A DNA stretch of 64,000 bases, from assembly GCF_006345805.1 (NCBI RefSeq), contig NC_043008.1, forward strand, positions 31,620,001 to 31,684,000, read 5' to 3'. Origin of the DNA: Octopus sinensis (Eukaryota). Numbering within the stretch: the first letter of the stretch is position 1; every line of letters starts with the position of its first letter. The notes under the pieces were generated by a model. It did not search any database. It was not told the DNA's origin and was given only the letters and a program-made list of their open reading frames with translations. Below are positions 50,485-64,000 of this stretch, in pieces. A program made the translations under genes and the position numbers.

Positions 50485-51391
50485 GTAATTAAACAGTTTG
50501 AAAGTTCGTATACTGGTTGAATCACCTAGAACACAGTTTACTTTGAACATTTTGGACAAAATTTCGTATTTTAGAAGTTATTTCGTGTCAAAGTTATCGT
50601 ATTTGGGTAATTTTAGCCAATTAACGACGTATTCCGTTGAAGAATGCTACTGCTGTTTGTGATAGTAATCGAAGAGGAAAAACTTCCGTGTCTTCTCTAC
50701 TTAATGTCACCACTGTTCTATTCGTATGTCGAGCGAAGACGATGTCACCTTTATCTTTTCTTCCTTTCTAGTCAGCACCCTGCATTCCTTACTCTTTCCC
50801 TCCCTGCTGGCGTGCCCGGAAGAAAACAAAGCACATTCGTTTAGTTTTACCATGTTTTGATAATATTTTTAATCTAATAAAGACGAAATATTGACGAAAT
50901 GTGTTTGCTGTTGATTATACTTAGATAAAATCATAATAACATCCCATAGTTGTAAAATAAGGCATTTCGAAACTACATACATGTCAACAACAACAAAAAT
51001 CTAGCTGCGAACCAGTAGCTCTAAATGCTTACTAGTCGCTTCGACACGAGAACAAAAAAAAAAGCGTGTAATATGCAATACGGGCAGTAAGCAAAAAATT
51101 AAAAATAGAACAGAGTGGTGAAATATTGTAGAGATGACCTGGAAGTTGTTGCTCTTCGATTACTATCGCAGCAGTAGTAGCTTTCTTCAACTGAATACAA
51201 GTCGTTGATTAGCTAAAATTACCCAAATACGACAACTTTAACACGAAATAACTTCTGAAATATGAAATTTTGTCAAAAATGTTCAAAGTAAACCGTGTTC
51301 TGCGTGAGATATTCCACGAGTATACGAAATTTCAAATTGTTTGGTTAAAAAAAAATAATTTAAAAATCTGTGCACCAAACTGAACAGATCC
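50425..51391. mobile_element. Non-autonomous DNA transposon with ~230-bp imperfect TIRs
   Basis: 50425-50655 versus 51169-51391 are reverse complements (GGATCTGTTCAGTTTGG ... CCAAACTGAACAGATCC). Confidence 0.75.
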
Positions 51392-52539
51392 CATAAATGA
51401 AATTTAAAATATCTTAAATGATACTAATGAGATGTTCCTCTCTCTCTCTCTTTCTCTCTCTCTATCTCTCTTTCTCTCTCTTGCTCTCTCTAACTCACAC
51501 GCACACACACACACGAATGCATAGTAGTGTGGGAACGAAAACAATTTTTTTTTTTCTTAAACTCATAAGGCATAGTATGTAAATTAAGGAAGATTTTAAA
51601 AGATACAATATTTTCCCATTAGAATATATTTCTTTTCTCACACAACAGTTAAGATATAGTTATTTTAAATTGATTCCTTGTACACAGAGAAAACTGATTC
51701 TCTGAATCTCGATTAGAGTTTCGGGTGGGAAAACGTGCAAAGGGAAAGTGAACAGATCCCCGCAGTTTTTCCATGCCAGATTTAGACTCTTTGTATGATG
51801 AATGTAAAGAGACATGCATCATTGACAAGCTATCAGTCAGTGAACTGGCCAACGATATTCTCTGAAGAAAAACTCAGTCCAAAATATCGAAAAATTCGAC
51901 CCCAAAAGCATACGAACTCAGAAAACATTATGCTTAATATATAATTCACATAAAGCACTCAGTGTCGCATTGACTGAAAAATAGCTATAAATGGCCCAGA
52001 ATATCCTTAATATTTGTTTTAACACAATTCTTTCTTCAAAAGTTATCTTTCTGAAAAGAAATATAATTGTTTTCCGCCACCTTTATAGCAGTCTGGTGTC
52101 TAATCCACTGTTTTACAGATTAAAGAGACAGCCATCAACAGTGAACGAACTTGGCTTGGTAACATGTACCGTGCTTTTGTTAATTGTTTTAGGTACCTGT
52201 GAAATCGTGAGCAAACATAAACACCCTCTCCACTCCACAACACTTCGACCTAGTACATGCAAAGCGTGGTAGCAGGTGGGGAGAGAGAGAGAAAGAAAGA
52301 GAGAGAGAGAGAAAGGACTGCATCACCACTAGGATGGTACTCATTTTCAGCTGAGTAGACTAGGGCAGCGTGAAATGAAATGTCTTTCTCAAGAACACAA
52401 CGTGCTGCCTGTTATAGGAATTGAACTCATAATACTACGATCTTGAGTCGAATAACTTAATCACTAGGCCACATACTTTTCACTTGTACTGCGGATACAC
52501 ATTCAATACCTGTAGTATATTTAAGACACCAAAATGGTG

Positions 52540-53130
52540 GACGTGTTAGCACGCTTAGCGGTATTTCGTCTGCCGTTACGTTCAGAGTTCAAATTCCGCC
52601 GAGGTCGACTTTGCCTTTCATCCTTTCGGGGTCGATTAAATAAGTACCAGTTACGCACTGGGGTCGATGTAATCGACTTAATCCGTTTGTCTGTCCTTGT
52701 TTGTCCTCTCTGTGTTTAGCCCCTTGTGGGTAGTAAAGAAATGGGTATTTCGTCCGTATTTACGTTCTGAGTTCAAATTCTGCCGACTTTGCCTTTCAAC
52801 CTACCGGAGACGATAAAATAAGTATCAATTAAACACTGGGATCGATGTAATCAAGTTTTTAACTCCCAAAAATTATTGGCCGTGAGCCAAAATTTGAAAT
52901 CAATATTTTTCGTATATATGCAAGCCAGCAAACTGGCAGAATTGTTAGAAAGAATGCTTTGCGATATTTCTTCCAGTTCATAACGTTCAGAGTTCAAATT
53001 TTGCTGAGATCGACTTCGCCTTCCATCCTTTTGCGGTCGATAAAATTAGTATCAGTCAAGTACAAGGGTCGATGTAATTGATTTGCCCCCTCCACTCATA
53101 ATTGCAGACTTGTGCTAAAATTGAAAAAAA
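52540..53130 (+). mobile_element. Three tandem SINE family A units with different tails
   Basis: Repeated TTACGTTC(A/T)GAGTTCAAATT..CGACTT.GCCTT.CA core at about 52575, 52760 and 52980. Confidence 0.8.
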
Positions 53131-53168
53131 TATTAGCAGGATATTTCATAACCTGTGTAAAAGACATA

Positions 53169-53365
53169 CACGAGGGGGTACTGAAAAGTCTCTGACGTTG
53201 AAGGTGTCACGAAAGGCCTGGTTGGAGGGCCAACTTTCCGAGTTCTTTTAGAGGGCTTAGAAAAACTGAAGGACTGCTGCAATAAGTGTGTGAATCTAAG
53301 AAAGTAATATATTCAATAAAATCATAATCAACTGATCCTCCCGTATTTTCTTTTACCTAAAGTGT
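53169..53365 (+). mobile_element. Internally deleted mariner remnant
   Basis: ACGAGGGGGTACTGAAAAGT mariner-like end followed by an LEGLEKLKDCCNKCVNL transposase C-terminal remnant. Confidence 0.5.
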
Positions 53366-55904
53366 ATTAAAAAACAGGATTAAGTCAAATACTTTCACTT
53401 CATTTGAAACTATTGGACGTAATATTTTTATTTATTCTTGAAATTCTTTAACTCTTAAAATACTTTGAAAATGGGTACAAACTGGAGTGTTAGGAGGAAA
53501 AGCACCAGTAGAAATAAAATCATTCCTATAATGCGTGAAAAAGGGACGCCCAGAGGAAACCAATACATCCAAATATCGTATGTAGTTACAAATAATAATA
53601 ATGATACTGTCTACTATAAGCACAAGGCCTGAATTTTGTGGGAGGCTGTAAGTCGATCACATCGACCCCAACATTTGACTGGTACTTAATTTATCGAACC
53701 CAAAAGGATGAAAGGCAAAGTCGGCCTCGACAGAATTTCAACTCAGAACGTACAGAGTCGGAAGAAATACTGCTAAGAATTTTGTCCGACGCGCTAACGA
53801 TTCTGTTTGCTCTGATCTTAAGATATATTGATTGACATGGTTAAGCCTAGGTATACTAGATACTGAATCGAAAGAATACATTTGTTAGCATGAGTATAGC
53901 TGTGCACTCTCCATTGCATCCAGTGAGAATTGTAGTCTCTATGACACGTGACACATACTTTTTAACCATTAGTCTTGTATCATTGATATTCCATGGTTGA
54001 TCTAAGTCCTGCAGCAGCATTAATGGGGTCTTTTTTCTAGCAGAAGCCTGTGAGCGGTAAACCAGGAGGTTCCAATGAATTTTAATATTCTATAGTATAG
54101 CAAACTATTCTCTCCTGGCCTTCGACACTGAATTAATTTGTAGATATGACAATTTTTGGAAGTGAAACAGATGGTACACATTTGCTTGTGTTAATGATTA
54201 TGCCGTTTGGGAAACATCTTCAGCACAGGTTCGACTGTTGCCTAAACTACTCTGTTTATGGAATCTGGGTCCATGGCACCATTATTGACAAAGAGAAATC
54301 TGATTTCTCCAACTTGTTACAAATTTTTAGCAAAATGACCTGACATCTGATCTTAAAAAAACATTGACTCTCGTGTTTATAAACTTGAAGGTCAAAATCG
54401 ATGGCGGTTTAAAGCAAACACGGATCTCGTTTTCTTTTTTCCTTTTCGGATCGCTTGCGAGGTTTGGCAAAAGTCAAACATCTCTGCAGCTTTTTCCATC
54501 TGGGATCTGTTGTTTTCTGCTAAGCCGGTTGTGTCCTGTCGTGCAATTATCCAAGACAGTAATTTAGTATCTCTTAAAGACTTATCCATTTGCAAATGGG
54601 TGCATCATTTATGCTCAAGTCTAAGAGCAACTTCGAAGCATTATATGCTTAAACGGCAACAGTGGATGTGTATGGTGGTAATACCTGAAGAAACAATACC
54701 TCTGCTTCTTATTCATCAAACAATAGACTGAGCAGGAATGTGTTTCCATTTACACCACGAAGCAAATTTTAGACTCTTGTTGCTAAACCATGTAAAAAGT
54801 AATAGAAAAACTATGTTCTGATCTAAAATGAAGTTGGATTTTTTCATTCATGCGTCATTGCTTTATAATACTTTCTTTCGAAATATCGATTGCCAGATCA
54901 TTGACTTCAAAGTAATTAGGTCGACAAAGAGCTTTTTTTTTTTTCTTAATTCTTGAACATTTATATCGTTAAGTTTGTCGATGAGAGTTTCGTTGTAGAT
55001 TTCGTCAATGGATATATATATTGTTTTCATTCCGCGATACATCCGTTGAGCTTAATACACGAATTCTTTACTAAGATCATGACGATGCTTAATCAAACCT
55101 GAAGCATAGTGGATGATTCACAGTATTTTAACAGCATGATTCATAGACTCTATGCTATTTGGGATAGCTTCTGACAATATCGCATCCCGCTGAGAATTGT
55201 TCCCCAAATATAAAAAAATCTGGGATGTGTTATCGAAAGTAAAACGCAATTGTGAGATAATTAAAACATTCTTTCATAAAATTACTTCTTTGTTTTCTGA
55301 GTTTTTTAAAATCTATTTTACTGAACACAGCAAACAAATGCGTGTAAAATACTTTCTACTATAGGCACACGACCTGAAATTTTGCGGGAGTGGCCGAGTC
55401 GATTACATTTACCTCAGTACTCAATTGGTGCTTATTTTATCGACCTTGAGAGGATGAAAGGCGAAGTCGACTTCAGCGGAATTTGAACTTAGAACATAAA
55501 ACTGGACGAAGTGCTGCTAAGCATTTTACCCGGCGCGGTAATGATACTGCCAGCTCGCCACCTTACGTGTGTGTAGAATTATGCGTATAATTTATATGCA
55601 TTCAACATAGAGGTTTACATTAATAATACTTATTGATATAAACTCAATGATAAAGATGTAACAATGGCAGCTTCCAAAGAATTTCAATGCTACTTCGCAT
55701 TTTCAAAGTAACGTAATAAAGAACTCTTTATGTAGTTCTTTGTTCAGTGAATTGCCAATCATCTATATTTAATTCGATTCTAACAGAATATCATAAATAT
55801 GATCACAAACAGGGAAACAATTCAAAACTATTTCCAAAGCTATGCCCTGCTTATATATGCTTTTGTAGATATTACCACAACAAAAATAAGATCCTAAAAC
55901 TACG

Positions 55905-56103
55905 ATGCCACGTAAAAGCACTTGCTGATGGTGCCACGTAAAAAGCACCTAGTACACTCTGGAGTGGTTAGCATTAGGAAGGGCATCCGGCCATAGAAAC
56001 CAAACCAAAACAGAATATGGAACCTGGTGCCTTGCCAGTTCCTGTCAAGCCGTCCAACCCATGCCAGCATGGAAAACAGACGTTAAATGATGATGTTGAT
56101 GCC
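55905..56103 (+). mobile_element. SINE 3' part with RTE-like tail and (GAT)n end
   Basis: GGAGTGGTTAGCATTAGGAAGGGCATCC...AACCCATGCCAGCATGGAAAACAGACGTTAAATGATGATG; minus-strand relatives near 61.9-62.9 kb. Confidence 0.65.
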
Positions 56104-56215
56104 TAGAGCTGAGTGTTGTGAAAATGGTACCACTTTAGCATGCGGTTTACCTTACCATTTACACTTTAGGATGCAGTCTAACCCCAACCAGGTCATTTCA
56201 CAGATTAGACTAACC

Positions 56216-56520
56216 CAGTGCTACTCAAAGTGGTGGTCCGCAGACCGGCGCCGGTTCGTTCAACCATCAGCTGTCGGTACACGGCGAGATTCAACAAAAG
56301 AAAGAAATACTATAAAATGCTTATGTAATATTGTATTTGTTTACAAAATAAATACAAAATTTTAAAAATTGTCAACTTTTATTATATTCATTATATATAT
56401 TGTTTCCAGTATAAGTTAATATTGCTAAGAAATATTATCGGTCCCTGGCACATCTGAAAAGACAAAAAAAAAACTGTACAAACCGATACTGCAGTAGACC
56501 GAACGTTAAATTAGCACCGA
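56216..56520. mobile_element. hAT/Charlie-like MITE
   Basis: Begins CAGTGCTACTCAAAGTGGTGGTCCGCAGACCGG; the right end is degraded. Confidence 0.55.
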
Positions 56521-58746
56521 GAAAATTTACTATGTCAAACAAGATAGAGGCGTCGGTACTTTGGAAATAAGGGGAGTAACTTACTTTGAACAAATTGGAT
56601 TACAGCAAGAGATGACCTGCAAACTGAAAAATTCAACGAAAGCTTTATATCCGTTGATTTGATCTGGTTCATTGCGCAAATGAAAGACACCCACCCCAAC
56701 ACACGAGTTAACTTCAAAAAATTTGTAAACTTGAAACTGGGGAACAAACGATTTAAAGTATCGTACAATGATAAGTTTAATTGCTTTTGTTTTACACTGT
56801 TGTCCTAAATCTCTGGCAGGTGTACAGCCGCTGCATCTGTATGCACCATCAAATTTGGATTGTTCAGATCTCTGATCCCTGATTGTCATACCCATTAGCT
56901 AACAAAAAAAGAATTTCTTTTTGTAATTGATCAGGTGTGGTGAGTTGACAACTTTAAACCACAATACCAAAAAAAGATAATTGTCACACCTTTTCAGCTA
57001 AGACAGCAGGTATAGATCTCTCGTCCTTAGTTTATCAATATAATTAACTTTCTTCCTAAACTTAAACCTCTTTCTCTCACCCTTTCTTTTTTTATTGGTG
57101 CTGTTTGTGAAGCCAAACATCGATTTACTGCCTATTTTAGTTGGTTGTTTTTATTGCTATCATTCATCTAAGAATGTTTAGAAACTACATGCAAGGGATA
57201 TTTCTGATCAATTGTTGCCTATTCAATTAGGTGTTGGTTCACCTTTTACGTGTATGACACCTGTTGCATGACGTCAGTTATTAACCGAACTGTTGAATAC
57301 AGTCCTAATTTTGTTCTCATGCTTAACATCTCAAACTCTTGTAATTCAATATATTGAAACAAATTTCTCCCAGATAATTATCCATTCAACTGAAATTGTT
57401 ATTCATCACCATCTCTTTTGCCATTTAAACTGAAGCAGTTGTCTTCTGAATCAAGGGTTTCAGCAGGGAAATTCACAAGGTCCCTCACACTTTGCTATAA
57501 CAATTGAAAGTGTAATTCTAGTGTTTAGTACCTGAATGATGCTTGCATGGGGGGTGGCAACCCTGTCCAGGTACTGAACTCTGTTGAACACCTTACATTT
57601 GGCATCATTTGCTCTGGTGGCAAATGTAAACTTAATCACAATTAAAATGACCACAAAAAAAAAACCAGAGTCGAGATGTCCACCTTACATCACTCCTTGT
57701 CTCTAAACCTCAAAACTAGTGGTTCCTCATCGCCCCATTTACTGACTCCAGAATTCCAACCTACAAAATATGTGTGTTCTTCATTATAGAACTGAAGAAT
57801 TAATACAACAAGCCTCTTTATTCTTAAAAATTGTCTTTTGATTCTAAAATGTTTTTTTCTTTCCATAAGTGACCCTATTTTTAAATTCCTTGATCTTTTA
57901 ATTGATTCCAACCATTTTATGGAACAAAAACTAAAGAAAATTTGTAATGTTGATTTATCAAATAATCTTATTTGAGCACAAACCACTTTATCATTGAATA
58001 ATGATGATTTGGGGTTTTGTAGTTGTAGAGACTATTCTTTTCCTTGCTACTGGGCATCTTTCTAGAATTGTTTGCCTTTGGAGAAGTAAATTCTTTTAGA
58101 CATTAACAGGAATTCAAGTACCTTCAGGGAGATGTGGATACCCTTCACAGAATGAACAAAGAACATTGCATTAAAGGTGAGACGCTGCTTTGTCAATGAA
58201 TAGTACTTAACGGACTCATGGCCATATATTAACAGCACAAAGCATAGTATATATTATGTGACCATCAAGAGGATGTAAGATATTGTGAAATTGTCAACAA
58301 TCTAATGTCAGCAAATTGTTAAATACCAATTATACTCAACAGACAATACTATGGTTGGTTGTACAACTGAAATGCTTGAAGATTGGACCCTGTACAGAGA
58401 CAATGCAAAATATAGAACATTGAATTATGAAGGCAGTGATCCAGCATGGGCTTAGCTTTGGTGATTAAAACAGACTAAAGTACTAAACAACACACTCACA
58501 CACATATTGAAGAAAACAAGAGCAATGCACCTTATAAATTCAAACAGCAATTAAGTTATTTGCAGTAAAAATACAAATTTACTGAAACCTAAAAGCTATA
58601 AAGAAACTATTACATCATGTGCATAAAGTAATAATAGCAGGAAAAATTTATAAATATATATATATATATATATATATGAAAGCTTCCATGATATCAAAAT
58701 AGAGTTCTTTGAAGATACGATGATGTTCACGATGAGGTTGCTTCCT

Positions 58747-58784
58747 TTACATTTCAGATGTAGTTGAATATTTCCGGGAGTTCA
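58747..58784 (-). CDS. Terminal coding exon of unidentified host gene (VNSRKYSTTSEM*)
   Basis: Strong acceptor T10-CTTGCGCTTTACAG; phase 1 matches the previous exon; TAA at 58747-58749, followed by repeat-poor AT-rich sequence consistent with a 3'UTR. Confidence 0.7.
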
Positions 58785-59665
58785 CTGTAAAGCGCAAGAA
58801 AAAAAAAAGATATCAATAATAAACGGAAAATTATAAAAAGTAAGCCAAATAGCTGAGATAGTATAAAATGTTCTGTACAGGGAATGAACTGTTATTTTTC
58901 TTTAAATTATGTTGCTTGGTAGGAAAGAGTTTCCTTTTTGTACAATTCCAGATAAGGAAAGTTCCCCTACACAAGAGATTTTAATGGTAGACCAATATTG
59001 GTCATGCACGCAAGCCTCCCTTTTCCATGCCACCAGTGTTGTAGAAGGTTACAGCAACAACTAGTACAGCTTAGTACCAATCTCACTACAGACATTGCCA
59101 TCAGAAGGCAAAGAATGGAACAGATACCAGAAGGCATCCCGTCAGTTACTCTAAAATTTCTACCAAACTAATTATGAACTCGAAAGGGTGAAAAGTGAAG
59201 TTGATATCAACAGGATTTTAACTCAGAACATAGAGGGCCAGAACAAATACTGCAAGACACTCTATTCAATGATCTAATGTTTCTGCTAATTAGTCATTTT
59301 ATTATAGCTGCAGTTTATATTTATACATAGTTAATGGTGGAGGAAGTAATTGATGACAATGTTGTCATAATGAGAGTTGCAAAATTGTTACTGGGTTGCA
59401 GAACTGTAACTGTGTTAGTTGCATAAGTGAGATGACTTGGCTTCTTGCAAATGAGCCACTGGCTTCCTCTTCAGTATTCATCAACTTGTTTATTTTTTAT
59501 AATGAATTCAAACAAAATAATAATGTCAAATTAGTATTACTCCTTGTATACTTGTTTTATTGTTAGAGTATTTCTTCCTGAAATCAGGATAAGATGAGAA
59601 GTGGGATAGAGTTAGCAGCAACTACTAGATGTGGAAAAGATGTGTTTTGCTTCCATTCCACTTAC

Positions 59666-59826
59666 CTGATTTACTAGCAGATGTTGGCCTTGGTACAGAA
59701 TCAGAATATTTTGGAGTTGGTGGAGATCTGTTTTGTGTATTTCGGGAAACAGAATTACTGGAACCTTCTACTGGTGTTCTCAAAATTCTTGGACGGGACA
59801 TAAAAGCTTTGGAGTAATTACCACCT
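59666..59826 (-). CDS. Internal exon, 161 bp (GGNYSKAFMSRPRILRTPVEG...PRPTSASKS)
   Basis: TTATTCTTTTGTTACACAG acceptor, CAG|GTAAGT donor, open frame, phase 2 to phase 1. Confidence 0.8.
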
Positions 59827-60516
59827 CTGTGTAACAAAAGAATAACAGCATATTGTTTTGTATTGTTGTTTTTTGCTAGTTGACATTGGCAGGAAATTGA
59901 ATTTAGAAAAGGATGCAATTAAATACCACAAATCGGTTATCATTTAATCAATTACACTGAGAAACAAATTTTGTCCTTGGGTATCAACTTATTCCATATT
60001 TGCTTACCCCTAGAAAGAATGAAAAATGGCTAATATTTCTTTCAGACTTTGCTTTTGTGACATTTATTCAAATCCCAAAGAATCCCTCTCAATACATGGC
60101 TATGATGTTCCCCAACTACTCCTGCCCATCATCAGAGATGCACATATTGTCAGCAATTAAAGGACATGCCCAAGTGGTTAAGGTCAAGCAACTGAAAAGC
60201 AAATCTGTGGTACAGAGCAGAATATTATTTTGTTTATTTTGCTGTAATGATATTTCTGCTTCAGCAACTCAGTGCTGAATCTGTCTGAAATGTAATGGAA
60301 AATAGATCAGTTTCAAAACATTGATGTCCAGGTCACAAAAGCAAAGTTTGAAGGGAATAGTAGTCATTTCCTCTGATTTCTAGATAGAAGCAAATAGGAA
60401 ATAACACTTACTGACCAATGACAAATAAAGAAAATTAAAAATTTTGTTACACAGTGTTACCAAACATTCTTATAAGAAAAGCAGTATAATGGGAGAGTAT
60501 AATGTAAAACACTTAC

Positions 60517-60604
60517 TCAGCAATTGATTCAGCATCTTGGGTTTTACTTTTCTTTGATGAAGTTGATTTGGAACTTCCTGTTGGACTTGGAGTATTGTTT
60601 TCTC
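60517..60604 (-). CDS. Internal exon, 88 bp (ENNTPSPTGSSKSTSSKKSKTQDAESIA)
   Basis: TTATTTTGTTTAG acceptor, |GTAAGT donor, phase 1 to phase 2. Confidence 0.8.
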
Positions 60605-62383
60605 CTAAACAAAATAATAAACAAATAAATAATATAAACAAATTCTTTCTTATAAAGCAAAATTTTCCTGAATTCTCTTTCATGGAACTATAGAAATTTT
60701 TTATCATTAACATTTAGTTTACTTTCAGAAAAGTATTAATCATATACTCTCAAAAAATTAGTCATTAAAACTATTTCCTAAACATTATTACCCAACAATT
60801 ATTCCCTAAGCAATGTTCTTTAACCATTATTTCTCGAGGCCATTTCCTAAATATTGGTTTCAAATTTTGGAGCAAGGCCAGTAATTTTGGGGAAGTGGGA
60901 ATGTTAATTACATCACTCGCCATGCTCAACTGATACTTATTTCATTGACCCTGAAAGAATGAAAGGCAAAGTCGACCTTGATGGAATTTGAACTCAGTGT
61001 ATAAAGACAAAAGAAATGCTGCCAAGCATTTTACCCCACAGGCTAACAATTCTGCCAGTCCCATTTCCTAATTATAATTCAATCAAATTATTTGCTAGAC
61101 AATTTTTTTAATGGTTTAGTCAGGTAACGAGCTGCAGTTTCCATGAATTTGCAAAGCCTCTGAGAGTGGTAAAAGAAACAGATCAAGATGTTAGCCAAGA
61201 GAGCTGGTACAAAATCCTGCAACAGATTGGGCTCTTCTAAAGCAAACACAAAATCCAAGTGTCAATATTAAACAGAATGAATGATTATGAACAGGCACAG
61301 TACATCTGATGGGTTCCTGTAGAGTTTTGCCTACCCAATGTTGATCAGAAATTTAGGAATGTCTTGAGATTATGGTAGAAGACTCTTGACCAAGATAGTG
61401 TCTTGTTGGATCCAACAACAAACCCCCAAAACCACGTGAAGTGGAAGAAAAGGTTTTTAACTATCATCTATGACTGCTTACTTATTTAAGTCCATCACTC
61501 TCAATGGGGAATAGGCTATTAATAACTTTTCTCACTGTTCTTTGAACTGGACTGTCTTTTCCCTGAGAAAAGACCTTCTGCTCTCATGTCTCATTGATGA
61601 CAATTTGAATTGTCATCAATGCTTCTGTAACTTTGATTTTTTACTAGGCAGAGTGTTGACCCTTCACAAACCTATTTTCACTTCTAGTTTCTATTCTTTA
61701 TCCTGTCCAGCATGGGAGGCCCTGCTAAGAGCTTGTGCTCCACTGACATAGCTCTCAGAGTCATTGAAATACACAAACTGTCACACTGCTACAAGGAATG
61801 GACCTTGTGGTGTATCCATGACAACATTCAGGAATAACTGTTTCAGAAATAAACTATCAGGTAACTTGCATTTTGCTGCCAAAAATAAAATCATCATCAT
61901 CATCATCATCAATTTCATATCTGCTTTTCCATGCTGGCATGAGTCAAATAAGTTTTCTGAAACATAGTTTTATGGATGAATGCTCCTCCTGTCACCAACC
62001 CTTCCAGTTATCTCCTATGATATGCAAGGATACAGTGTTTCTATTCTGAAACCAGAACACACAAGGTATACTGTCAAAAATCACTGTATTGACCAGACTA
62101 TTGGATGTCGCTACACACTGTTGGTTACAATGCATTGCCTTGCATTGCTGCAGCTTTTGAGTGATGCCTCTCTGCTGGCTGGGTAGGAAGGCCAATATCC
62201 CTATAGAACAGAATGCCAGTCCATCACAAGGTTTTTCCTATGATGATGATGATGGTGATGGTGATGGTGATGGTGGTGGTGGTGGTGGTGGCGACGACAA
62301 CGACGATGATGATGAAAAAAACACACACAAATTGAAAAAGGGAAGTGTATTTCTACTCCTAACAAATTACAATATTTACTTAC

Positions 62384-62496
62384 TGGAAATTGCAGTACTG
62401 GCAGTAGGTGGTGGTTGACTCCCACTGCGAGTTGGTGGTCGCTCCAAGGTCTCATTAATAGGTTCAATTACAGTATAATTTGGAACTCTGTCATTA
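62384..62496 (-). CDS. Internal exon, 113 bp (NDRVPNYTVIEPINETLERPPTRSGSQPPPTASTAIS)
   Basis: GTGATTTCCAG acceptor, |GTAAGT donor, phase 2 to phase 1; bridges the neighbouring exons exactly. Confidence 0.8.
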
Positions 62497-63310
62497 CTGG
62501 AAATCACAGCATAAAATATTTTACAAGAAAATTTAAATAACACGCATATAGTAGACTTTATGAATTAACTGATTCTACAAAAATATTTCTAGCCTTGCTT
62601 TAACGAGGTTAACAACAGAATGGTTTATATCAAATCAAAATACATTAGATACAAGAGAATGTTACTTATTTTGTACTAAAGATGAGCCTCATCGTCGTCA
62701 TTGTTTTACATCTACTTTTCATGCTAGCATGAGTTTGATGGGTTGATACTGTTCTTCAAGATAGATCAGAGAATTACATCTTGCTTTAAGTTTCAGTTTG
62801 GGCTTGATTTCTATGGCTGGATGCCCTACCTAACACCAACCACTTTAATGAATGCCTTCTTTGTTGAACCAGTACTAGAGAGGTGATCATACCTTTAACA
62901 AAACCAAAGGGTTCATTTAACTCCTTACTTAACAGAGTCTACTAGGTAAACTTTATCATAGTACCAGCACTAGAAAGGAGCAAGGAGAGAGAGAGAGAGG
63001 ATGGTAAGAGGTGGATAAAGGGTGAGGAGGGTAAAGACTGATGTCCATATCAAATGGCCGGAGGAGAGTATTAGTAAAGTTACAAACACACATAACCAAA
63101 ATACAGATCTACTGTTCGGTCCTCTCTCTTTCTATTTCTCTCCTTCACCTTCTTTCTTTCTCTCTTCCTTTTTCGACAATCCTCACTATCTTTCATCCTC
63201 CCGCCTATTTCCTCTTCCTTTCTATTTTTTTCTTCCTATCATACTATCATTCTTTCTCTTGTTCCTCTAAAATTATTGAAAATAATTGATTCAACCCTTT
63301 AGAATTTAAA

Positions 63311-63720
63311 CTCTTTTACTCTTTTACTTGTTTCAGTCATTTGACTGTGGCCATGCTGGAGCACTGCCTTTAGTTGAGCAAATCAACCCCAGGACTTATT
63401 CTTTGTAAGCCTAGTACTTATTCTATCAGTCTCTTTTGCCGAACCACTAAGTTACGGGGATGTAAACACACCAGCATCGGTTGTCAAGCAATGTTGGGGG
63501 GACAAACACAGAAGCACAAACATATACACACACACATATATATATATATACTTATATACGATGGGCTTCTTTCAGTTTCCGTCTACCAAATCCACTCACA
63601 AGGCTTTGGTCGGCCCGAGGCTATATTAGAAGACACTTGCCCAAGGTGCCATGCAGTGGGACTGAACCCGGAACCATGTGGTTGGTAAGCAAGCTACTTA
63701 CCACAGAGCCACTCCTGCAC
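63311..63720 (-). mobile_element. Full-length SINE family B in an intron of the host gene
   Basis: Homologous end to end with 44913-45323. Confidence 0.9.
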
Positions 63721-63933
63721 CTAAATATTCTAACTATTTTATGTTCAAACCAGCCAGGTCTGGCTTTTCACACCTACCCTACAATGTAATTCCAAAAATA
63801 AGCAATCACATCATTGAAATTTCAAAACTACAAGCTAAATGCATGACTAATTCAAAACAATGTAAATAAATAATTTAGCATTTTATCACTTTAACATTTA
63901 CAGGCAAGTGCTTTCAGCTCTTCCAATACTTAC

Positions 63934-64000
63934 TTTGTTTTAGTTGGTGATACATCAGTATTCTTCATTTGGCTTGGTGTCACTGGACGTTGCAGAGGTT
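63934..64000 (-). CDS. Exon running off the window edge (PLQRPVTPSQMKNTDVSPTKT)
   Basis: Only one of the three frames is open; |GTAAGT donor at 63933; phase 2 matches the 62496 exon. Confidence 0.75.

Noticed and set aside
51700-51900. Tc1 transposase remnant (VNWPTIFSEEK resembling W..VIFSDEK)
   Set aside because: A single short motif with no TIR or further catalytic motifs.

Overview
Repeat-dense animal genomic DNA, very probably octopus (inferred from the SINE families and extreme microsatellite load, not proven). The only host gene I can support is the 3' end of a minus-strand gene at 58.7-64.0 kb: five phase-compatible GT-AG exons encoding an unidentified Ser/Thr/Pro-rich C-terminus. 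The most striking structure is at 13.95-23.5 kb: three head-to-tail, same-orientation Tx1/L1-clade LINE copies from two subfamilies. One is full length (about 6.1 kb; CCHC ORF1 and APE-RT-CCHC ORF2) and two are 5'-truncated. Every junction lies in (TATC)n/(GATA)n and there is no poly(A) tail, so this looks like a (GATA)n-microsatellite-specific retrotransposon. Its 3'UTR has a stem-loop with compensatory base changes between the subfamilies. Its last ~45 nt match the tail of an abundant Nin/Deu-type SINE in the window (a candidate LINE-SINE partnership), and a related hairpin sits in its 5'UTR. Also present: a full-length degenerate mariner, a DD37D-like Tc1/mariner fragment, two R4-like RLE LINE fragments, a CR1 3' end, Penelope-like inverted repeats with degenerate hammerhead ribozymes, several MITEs, a Helitron end and many SINEs. 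Most ORF-track entries are microsatellite or antisense artefacts.
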